DNA from: Eubacterium sp. | GTDB lineage: Bacteria > Bacillota > Clostridia > Lachnospirales > Lachnospiraceae | Reading direction: 5' to 3' | Assembly: GCA_024681515.1 (NCBI GenBank) | Contig: JAILAR010000026.1 | Location: forward strand, 8,799-72,798 | Length of the DNA: 64,000 nucleotides | Part shown: piece by piece, positions 26,401 to 33,495 of the stretch | Layout of the letters: every line of letters begins with the position of its first letter | How positions within the stretch are numbered: the first letter of the stretch is position 1 | Program-made: the position numbers and the translations under genes | Notes under the pieces: model-generated | The model's database searches: none | The model's input: only the letters and a program-made list of their open reading frames with translations | Told to the model about the DNA's origin: nothing

Positions 26401-29400
26401 AGTCTATGCTTGGGATGGATATCATTCTAAACGGTGATAAGGTGGAATTCAGATGTGAATACATGCCTTCCGTATACTCGGAATACACGATGAAAGGTCT
26501 GATCCGTCTTGTGGATCAGATCATCGGTGAGTTTATCCAAAAGGATAAGATCTCGGAGATCAGTCTTGTTTCCGAGGAAGATAAAGAGGCAATTCGAAAG
26601 CTTCATGATACGGCAGCCGCAGTGGAGGAGCGCCCCGCGTATCGTCTGCTGCAGGACAGTGCGGAAAAAAATCCCGATAAAACAGCGCTCATCGCTATCG
26701 ACCGTACACTTACCTACCGGGAACTGAATGAAGAGGCCAATGCCGTCGGATATGTTCTTCGGGAACATGGATCAGGACCGGAGACCATCGTAGCAGTGAT
26801 GGCAGATCGGGACAGTTACGCGTATGTGATGCGTCAGGGTGTTCTTAAGAGCGGCGGTGCATTTATGCCTGTCGATCCGGAGTATCCGGAGAAACGGATC
26901 CGGTATATTCTGGAGGATTCCGGAGCAAAGCTGCTGATCACCATAGGGCATGTTATTGAACGAAGAAGTAAGCTGTTCGAGGCATTACAATCGGATGGAA
27001 TCACAGTCATTAACGTGGCGGAGGTCATACTTTCCGGAGAACGGGAGAATCTTAACATAGATGTACCCTACGATGCCCTGGCTTACGTGATCTACACTTC
27101 CGGTTCCACGGGTAAGCCCAAGGGCGTGATGCTGACGAATAAAAACCTGGTGAACTTTGCAACTGCCAATGAAAAGAACCGGGAGATCCTGGGATATACG
27201 GAGCGGGGAAGCGTAAGTCTGGCCGTTGCGGCTCTGACCTTCGACTTTGCCATCATGGAGGAATTTGTGCCTCTTGCAAACGGAATGACTGTGGTGCTGG
27301 CAACGAAGGAGCAGATCCTGAACCCGGATCAGCTGACCAATCTTATGGTCGGAAATAAGGTCGATGTCATGAGCTGTACACCTGGATATCTGGCAAATCT
27401 TATGGCTATTGAAAGCTTCCTGCCGGCAGTCAGAGGGCTAAGAAGCGTGGACTTTGGTGCGGAGGCCTTTCCGCCGACACTGTACGGAAAATTGAAGGCA
27501 GTGAATCCGGAGCTTTATATCATGAACGGCTATGGTCCGACAGAGGCTACCATCAGCTGTACCATGGAGGTGATCGATAACGCGGAGGATATCACCATTG
27601 GTATCCCCAACGCCAATGTTCATGTGGCAACGGTAGACCGCAGCGGTCGTTTGCAGCCGCCCGGAGCCATGGGTGAACTGGTGATCATGGGTGACGGTGT
27701 CGGCCGGGGATATATCGGAAGAGAGGATCTGAATGAAAAGAACTTCATTCGGCTGCTTGATATGCCTGCATATCGCAGTGGGGATCTGGTTCGGATTCGT
27801 GAGGACGGAGACATCGAATTCCATGGAAGAATCGACGATCAGGTAAAACTTCGGGGACTTCGGATAGAATTAGGTGAAGTGGAGAGTGTCATCGGATCCT
27901 ATCCGTCGATCCGTACAGCCGTTGTAATTGTCGCTCATGGAGAGACGGATTATCTGGCGGCTTATTTCACCGCGGATGAGAAGGTGGATCTTTCTTCTTT
28001 GAAGGAGCATGCCGCAAAGTATCTTACCGCCTATATGGTGCCTCAGGCCTTTATGCAGCTGGAGGCCATGCCCATGACAGCCAACGGCAAAGTGGATAAA
28101 AAGGCGCTTCCGGCCATGGAATATGAGGAGGAAGAGATATCCCTGCCCGAGAACGAGACACAGGAAAAGCTGCTTCAGATTGCAAAGGAAGTGATCGGCG
28201 CAGACAGGATCGGTGTGGATACAGACCTTTTTGCTGCCGGGCTTTCCTCCCTCAGCTGTATCCGGCTGATCTCGATGGTGAAGGACAGACTCAGGGCTAA
28301 TCTGAATATTGCAGATGTATTTGAAAGCAGAACAGTGCGTCGTATGGAGTCGTTGCTTCCGGACAGAAATGAGGAGGAGATATTTGGACTTCGGAAAGAG
28401 TATCCGTTATCCATGACACAGATCGGTATCTTTGTTGAAAGTATTCGCTACTCAGGCTCAACGGTTTATAATATCCCGTATCTGTACCGGCTGGATCCCG
28501 AAGTGGATATGGAGAAGCTGCAGGCTGCGCTTGTGCAGGCAATTAAGGTTCATCCATATATCAGTATGACTCTTCAGCGGAATGATGCCGGAGATGTCAT
28601 GGCGATGCGTGACGGTGAGAACGATCCGGTGATTTCTGTATCGAATACCATGCCAAAGCAGGATTCACTTGTTCAGCCCTTTGATCTTATGGAGGGCGCA
28701 CCGCTGTACCATATCCGTCTGTTTGATACAACCGACGGAAAGTATATGTTCCTTGATTTCCACCACATCATCATGGATGGAGAATCCTTTGATATCTTCC
28801 TTGAAGATGTAAACAGGTCATATCTCGGAGAAACTTTGGAACCGGAGCGTTACTCAGGCTTCGAGTATGCACTGCATGAAGAGAAAATGCGAGGCTCCAA
28901 AGCGTATGATGCAGCAAGGGATTTCTATGACCGTATATTCTCGGGCTGTGCACCCTGCACACTTCCGGAGAAGGACAGTCGGGGGACAAAGGAGCATAAT
29001 GCGTCCGGAGAAAGAATCGGAAGGGCTGAGGGGGACCGGGTTCGCAGATTCTGCGCTGAACACCACATCTCCGAAAATGCCTTCTTTACCGTGGCATTCG
29101 GACTGGCGCTGAAATCCTATACGGCATCCGAGGAGGCGGTATTTACCACAATCTATAACGGAAGAAATGATGCTCGTCTGGCGGAAAGCGTCGGAATGTA
29201 TGTGAAAACGCTGCCGGTGATGATTCGGGCAGAAGAGGACGAGAAGATATCCGATGTGCTCACCCGCTGCAACGAGTATCTGCTGGGTGCCATGAGTCAT
29301 GATATTTACAGCTTTTCGGAGATCAGTAGCCGCTTCGGGATCCGTTCGGATGTGATCTTTGCATATCAGGGTGACGGTAAAGAAGATAAATCGCCTGAGA

Positions 29401-32400
29401 TTGGCGGACATGCAGCGCAGCAGCTGCAGGAGACGGAGCTCTCTCAGGCAAAAGCTGCCATCGATATGAATGTGTCGCTGAGCGGTGACAAAATTGAATA
29501 TGAATATGAGTATGATCCGGGACTGTTCAGAAGCTATACCGTGGACGGACTGGTGGGAATGATGGACAGCATCGTTTCCGAACTTTTGGTAAGAGAGGAT
29601 CTCAGTGAGTTAAAGCTGGTATCTGAGGAAGATGAGATTAAAATTCTTTCGATGCATGATACCACGGTTCCTGTTGCGGAAAGACCGGCTTACCGTCTGC
29701 TGCAGGACAGCGCAGGAAAGTGTCCGGAAAGGGTGGCGCTGATCGCCGCTGACCGTACCCTGACTTATCGGGAATTGAACGAAGAGGCAAATGCAGTCGG
29801 ATATCTTCTTCGTGAGCATGGAGCAGGACCGGAGACCATAGTTGCGGTGCTTGCCGACCGTGACAGCTATGCCTATGTAATGCGTCAGGGCGTACTGAAG
29901 AGCGGCGGTGCATTTTTGCCTGTCGATCCGGACTATCCGGAGGACCGTATCCGGTTTATCCTGGAGGATTCCGGAGCAAAGCTTCTGATCACCGAGGGAA
30001 ATATCATCGAACGCAGAAGTGAGCTGTTTGAGGCGTTACAGTCGGAAGGTGTTACGGTCATCAATGTGTCCGGGGCTTCCGGAAAGATCGAGGATCTTAA
30101 TGTGGAGGTTCCCTGCGATGCGCTGGCTTACGTGATCTACACCTCAGGTTCCACCGGAAAACCCAAGGGCGTCATGCTGACGAATAAAAACCTGGTGAAT
30201 TTTGCAACCGCAAATGAGAAGAATCGGGAGATCCTGGGATATACGGAGAGGGGAAGTGTGAGTCTTGCCATAGCGGCACTGACCTTTGATTTCGCCATCA
30301 TGGAGGAATTTGTGCCGCTTGCAAACGGTATGACGGTGGTGCTGGCAACGAAAGATCAGATCTTAAACCCGGATCAGCTGACAGATCTTATGATAAAGAA
30401 TAAGGTCGATGTCATGAGCTGTACCCCCGGATATCTGGCCAACCTTATCTCCATGAATTGCTTTATGCCTGCTTTGAAAGGACTGCGAAGTGTGGACTTC
30501 GGAGCCGAGGCATTCCCGCCGACCCTGTACTGGAAGCTGAAGGCTGTGAACAGGGATTTGTATATCATGAACGGTTACGGCCCTACCGAAGCTACCATCA
30601 GCTGTACCATGCAGGTGATCGACAATACGGAGGATATCACTATCGGTATCCCCAACGCCAATGTTCATGTGGCTACGGTAGACAGAGGCGGCAGGCTTCA
30701 GCCTCTCGGAGCCGTGGGTGAGCTGGTGATCCTGGGAGACGGTGTCGGCCGGGGTTATATCGGAAGAGATGATCTGAATGCGAAGAATTTCATTCGTTTA
30801 CTGGATATGCCTGCTTACCGAAGCGGTGACCTGGTTCGGATCCGTGAAGACGGACAGATCGAGTTCCACGGACGGATGGACGATCAGGTGAAGCTGAGGG
30901 GACTTCGTGTGGAACTGGGCGAGGTTGAAAATGCAATCGGAACCTATCCTACGGTCAAATCCGCGGTGGTGATCGTTGTCCATGGTGAGACAGACTATCT
31001 GGCGGCATATTTCACTGCAAATGAGAAGGTGGAGACCGAAGCACTTAGAGCACACATTTCCGAATTCCTTACCGCATATATGGTGCCGCAGGCCTTTATG
31101 CAACTGGATGTCATGCCTATGACAGCCAACGGAAAGATCGATAAAAGGGCGCTGCCGGAGATCCGGAAGGCAGCCGGTTCCGTAAACGTTAAAAAACCGG
31201 AAAATGAGCTTCAGAGAATACTCTGCGAGCTTTATTCCAAGGCACTGGGTATGGAAGTCGGGATCGATGATGATTTCTTTGCCATGGGAGGAACGTCCCT
31301 TACTGCCGCAAAAGTTCTTATGGGAGCAAAGGTGAAGGATCTGCCCATGGAGTACCAGGATATATTCGATGCGAAGACCGTGGAGAACCTGGAAATGATC
31401 CTGCGGGGCAGAATGAAGGAGGATCTGACGGAAACGTCTGAGCAGCAGGAGGACAGTACCGGTGAAGATCCTGAGATCAGAAGGGTGCTTTCCCATAATT
31501 CACGTGAGTATGCAGATGAGATCCGGCAGGAAGGTATAGGAAATGTACTGCTGACCGGAGCTACGGGATTTCTTGGGATCCATGTTCTGAGGGAACTGAT
31601 CGAACATAGCTCCTGCAGGATCACCTGCCTTGTAAACCGAAGGAAGACTGCAAGATCCGAATTTTCACCGGAAAGAAGACTGCATCTCCAGTTATTCTAT
31701 TATTTCAATAATGCATATGATGAACTGTTCGGTGACAGGATCGTGGTGATCGAAAGGAATGTTACGGATGCAGACGGGATCGCAGAGCTTGAAACGGAAG
31801 ATTTTGATACAGTCATTAACTGTGCTGCCATTGTGAAGCATTTTGCGGACTTTAATGAGCTGAAACAGGTAAATGTGGATGCAGTGGAAAACCTGATCCG
31901 GCTTTGTCTCAGGAAGAAAGCCCGGCTTATTCACCTTTCAACCGCATCTGTCAGCGGTGAAGCGATGGATGGCAGAGCGGCGGGAAATGTGCTGACGGAA
32001 GATCGTCTGAACATCGGTCAGGATGTCAGCTCCAACGCTTATGTACACACCAAATATCTTGCGGAAGAAAAAGTGCTGCAGGCCATAGCTACACAGGGGC
32101 TGGATGCAAAGATCATGCGGCTTGGCAATCTGATGAGTCGTGAAGAGGACGGAGAATTCCAGATCAATTTCCGGACGAACAATTTCCTGAATTCGCTCAG
32201 GGCATACGCGGTTCTTGGCTGTTTCCCATATTCAGATATGGATGAACAGGCGGATTTCTCACCGATTGACGAGACCGCCAGGTTTATTGTCGGACTGGCG
32301 GGGACACCCTCCGAATTTACGGTATTCCATGTATATAATTCGCATATGGTGGATATGGGAGATATCCTTACAACGATGGTCTCCTGCGGGATCCACATGA

Positions 32401-32660
32401 AGGCTTTGCCAGACAGAGAATTCACGGAAAGACTGAACAGGGGACTTGCCGATGATGAGATCAATGCACTGCTGTCTCCTTTGATCAATTACGATCTGAC
32501 GGACGATAGCCGTAGAGAAGAGATTCCATGTGACAACCGGTTTACGGATCAGGCGCTTTACAGATTGGGGCTTCACTGGTCAATCACGGACATGAGATAT
32601 CTTAAAAATCTGATCGAAATGCTACAGACATTGGGATTCTTTGATGGCTGGAAGAACTGA
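23496..32660 (+). CDS. non-ribosomal peptide synthetase, A-T-C-A-T-C-A-T-R (three modules, terminal thioester reductase)
   Basis: Three copies each of YVIYTSGSTGKPKGV, NxYGPTE, YRSGDL, GRxDDQVKLRGxRxELGEVE and NGKxDKxAL. Condensation His motifs: MHHIVSDG (~25710) and FHHIIMDG (~28758). Carrier sites: MMGLSSI, AAGLSSL, AMGGTSL (~31281). R domain: LLTGATGFLG (~31551) and YVHTK. Confidence 0.95.
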   Translation: MAERPAYRLLQDSAEKYPDKTALIAIDRTLTYRKLNAEANAASHVLRRFGAGPETIVAVLADRDSYAYVMREGVLKSGGAFMPVDPEYPEERIRYILDDSKAKLLITTGNVIERRNELITALQAEGIVIINVQDAVSLTDTGALDENGKPKTGYVLPGERENLNVEVPYDALAYVIYTSGSTGKPKGVMITNKNLVNFADRNEKNLEILAFTENVEVTISIAAFTFDVSVMEEFVPFAHGMTNVLATWKQMMDPAEMCGLMVNNHVGSITCTPSYIMNMIEIPAFVPAIQGLKCIDVGSEPFPPVLFDKLKAINPDLLIVNSYGPTECTVSCTLKKVVDPRDVTIGVPLANVHVATMDPDGHLQPIGEKGELVIMGDGVGRGYIGREDLNERNFIRVLGIPAYRSGDLVRIRENGDIEFHGRMDDQVKLRGLRIELGEVESVIGSYPSVRAVTVIVIHGETDYLAAYFTAGEEVDISALKEHAAKYLTEYMVPQAFMQLETMPMTANGKVDKKALPVIEITEEELVAAENEVQEKILAIAKEVIGTDRIGITTDLYMMGLSSIGCIRLCSLLSDSFGVSVRVAEIFECRTALSIEVLINEKSGEEKISHELRESYPLTRTQMGIYIDSELYAGTTVYNLPYLYKLDQRVDMEKLRSALQRTLLAHPYLFMTLREEGGEIRAVRDLGLGQDGYALPEIVISDREPIPEELVRPFDLTSGERLFRAELFDTESGKYLFVDMHHIVSDGSSLTIFYQDLDAAYRGESVPAEEYTGFEAALDEEYALTTDRPAKAKAWYDGIFAGCGGETLPVKDGSKSDKKIERIECFGSSNADAVRLFCNRSGLSLNAVFTSAFGMALQAYTASEQAIFSTIYNGRNDSRVARSVSMFVKTLPVRFAADQQTSVSETIRNCQSYPLSAMANDIYSFAEIKKAYGIGADILFAFQGELEEYEEQELCGFPVITKDLSLSQAKSMLGMDIILNGDKVEFRCEYMPSVYSEYTMKGLIRLVDQIIGEFIQKDKISEISLVSEEDKEAIRKLHDTAAAVEERPAYRLLQDSAEKNPDKTALIAIDRTLTYRELNEEANAVGYVLREHGSGPETIVAVMADRDSYAYVMRQGVLKSGGAFMPVDPEYPEKRIRYILEDSGAKLLITIGHVIERRSKLFEALQSDGITVINVAEVILSGERENLNIDVPYDALAYVIYTSGSTGKPKGVMLTNKNLVNFATANEKNREILGYTERGSVSLAVAALTFDFAIMEEFVPLANGMTVVLATKEQILNPDQLTNLMVGNKVDVMSCTPGYLANLMAIESFLPAVRGLRSVDFGAEAFPPTLYGKLKAVNPELYIMNGYGPTEATISCTMEVIDNAEDITIGIPNANVHVATVDRSGRLQPPGAMGELVIMGDGVGRGYIGREDLNEKNFIRLLDMPAYRSGDLVRIREDGDIEFHGRIDDQVKLRGLRIELGEVESVIGSYPSIRTAVVIVAHGETDYLAAYFTADEKVDLSSLKEHAAKYLTAYMVPQAFMQLEAMPMTANGKVDKKALPAMEYEEEEISLPENETQEKLLQIAKEVIGADRIGVDTDLFAAGLSSLSCIRLISMVKDRLRANLNIADVFESRTVRRMESLLPDRNEEEIFGLRKEYPLSMTQIGIFVESIRYSGSTVYNIPYLYRLDPEVDMEKLQAALVQAIKVHPYISMTLQRNDAGDVMAMRDGENDPVISVSNTMPKQDSLVQPFDLMEGAPLYHIRLFDTTDGKYMFLDFHHIIMDGESFDIFLEDVNRSYLGETLEPERYSGFEYALHEEKMRGSKAYDAARDFYDRIFSGCAPCTLPEKDSRGTKEHNASGERIGRAEGDRVRRFCAEHHISENAFFTVAFGLALKSYTASEEAVFTTIYNGRNDARLAESVGMYVKTLPVMIRAEEDEKISDVLTRCNEYLLGAMSHDIYSFSEISSRFGIRSDVIFAYQGDGKEDKSPEIGGHAAQQLQETELSQAKAAIDMNVSLSGDKIEYEYEYDPGLFRSYTVDGLVGMMDSIVSELLVREDLSELKLVSEEDEIKILSMHDTTVPVAERPAYRLLQDSAGKCPERVALIAADRTLTYRELNEEANAVGYLLREHGAGPETIVAVLADRDSYAYVMRQGVLKSGGAFLPVDPDYPEDRIRFILEDSGAKLLITEGNIIERRSELFEALQSEGVTVINVSGASGKIEDLNVEVPCDALAYVIYTSGSTGKPKGVMLTNKNLVNFATANEKNREILGYTERGSVSLAIAALTFDFAIMEEFVPLANGMTVVLATKDQILNPDQLTDLMIKNKVDVMSCTPGYLANLISMNCFMPALKGLRSVDFGAEAFPPTLYWKLKAVNRDLYIMNGYGPTEATISCTMQVIDNTEDITIGIPNANVHVATVDRGGRLQPLGAVGELVILGDGVGRGYIGRDDLNAKNFIRLLDMPAYRSGDLVRIREDGQIEFHGRMDDQVKLRGLRVELGEVENAIGTYPTVKSAVVIVVHGETDYLAAYFTANEKVETEALRAHISEFLTAYMVPQAFMQLDVMPMTANGKIDKRALPEIRKAAGSVNVKKPENELQRILCELYSKALGMEVGIDDDFFAMGGTSLTAAKVLMGAKVKDLPMEYQDIFDAKTVENLEMILRGRMKEDLTETSEQQEDSTGEDPEIRRVLSHNSREYADEIRQEGIGNVLLTGATGFLGIHVLRELIEHSSCRITCLVNRRKTARSEFSPERRLHLQLFYYFNNAYDELFGDRIVVIERNVTDADGIAELETEDFDTVINCAAIVKHFADFNELKQVNVDAVENLIRLCLRKKARLIHLSTASVSGEAMDGRAAGNVLTEDRLNIGQDVSSNAYVHTKYLAEEKVLQAIATQGLDAKIMRLGNLMSREEDGEFQINFRTNNFLNSLRAYAVLGCFPYSDMDEQADFSPIDETARFIVGLAGTPSEFTVFHVYNSHMVDMGDILTTMVSCGIHMKALPDREFTERLNRGLADDEINALLSPLINYDLTDDSRREEIPCDNRFTDQALYRLGLHWSITDMRYLKNLIEMLQTLGFFDGWKN

Positions 32661-32737
32661 CTTTCCTGTTGTTTTTTATGTTCGAGCAACATATAGCAGA
32701 TAAAGTGCAGCAGCGCAAAAGCGATGCCGATGGGGAT

Positions 32738-32759
32738 TGTGTGACATTTGTGTGACATT
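32738..32759 (+). repeat. perfect tandem 11-mer (TGTGTGACATT x2) overlapping a weak promoter
   Basis: Copies at 32738-32748 and 32749-32759. A possible -35 TTGTGT (32748-32753), 17-nt spacer and TATAAG (32771-32776). Confidence 0.5.
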
Positions 32760-32827
32760 ACATATGGTAGTATAAGGGTAGAAAGAAACGAAAACTCTTG
32801 AACGGGATATTCAAAGGAGGAAATGCT

Positions 32828-33284
32828 ATGAAGAAGATCATGAAAAAGGTTATCACATTCATTACACCATTTTGAAGAATTAAAAACAAAGCAGGTTAAT
32901 ATCGAATTCTCCCACAGAGGACTGTATGTTGCCAATGATTCCATATTATATGCAAGAAAAATAGTCGGAGTAAATGAGGATGGAACCTATCAGATTGGCC
33001 CCTGGGAGTGCATATCCCATCGTTCTAACGTATGCTACTGTGAGGATAAGCAGATCACACTTCCGGCAACCTATGTGATCTTTGGATACAGCTTTGATAT
33101 AGCCTGGGGAACGGACTGGCCCTTCGGTCAGGAGTTTTGGAATAACGTAAATACACCGGTGGAAAATATCATGATACTGATCACCGGCGGAAACAGAACA
33201 CCGGATGTCCTGATCATGGTAAACGGTAATGAAGTATACAGAAATGAAAACTGCGCGGCGCATGAGCAGTGGATCCCGCGGTAA
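32828..33284 (+). pseudogene. hypothetical ~150-aa protein with an apparent frameshift in a T-run
   Basis: ATG 32828 lies 6 nt after AAAGGAGGA and gives MKKIMKKVITFITPF*. The next frame is stop-free from 32844 to 33284 and reads as coding (EELKTKQVNIEFSHRGLYVANDS...GTDWPFGQEFWNNV...), but has no start codon before GTG 33075. Confidence 0.45.
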
Positions 33285-33309
33285 ATACAATTGAACATAG
33301 ATATAAAAC

Positions 33310-33353
33310 GGATTCCTGATGGAAATCATCACTTTCATCAGGAATCCTTTTTG
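33310..33353 (+). terminator. rho-independent terminator
   Basis: 12-bp stem GGATTCCTGATG / CATCAGGAATCC followed by TTTTTG. Confidence 0.8.
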
Positions 33354-33495
33354 TGGAAGTGAAAGTTTTTTTTGTAAAAAACAGCAAAATTTCAATAATA
33401 AAAAAAACAAAATATGATATGCTTGATATGGATGTTCGTCGTGTATCGGATGTGAAAAGATACACAGAATGATGAATGCGTGAAAGGCGACAGCT

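Noticed and set aside
33075-33284. Treating the 69-aa ORF as an independent small gene.
   Set aside because: It has no SD sequence before the GTG. The same frame is open and coding-like for 77 codons upstream, behind a strong SD-ATG in the adjacent frame. A frameshifted longer gene fits better.
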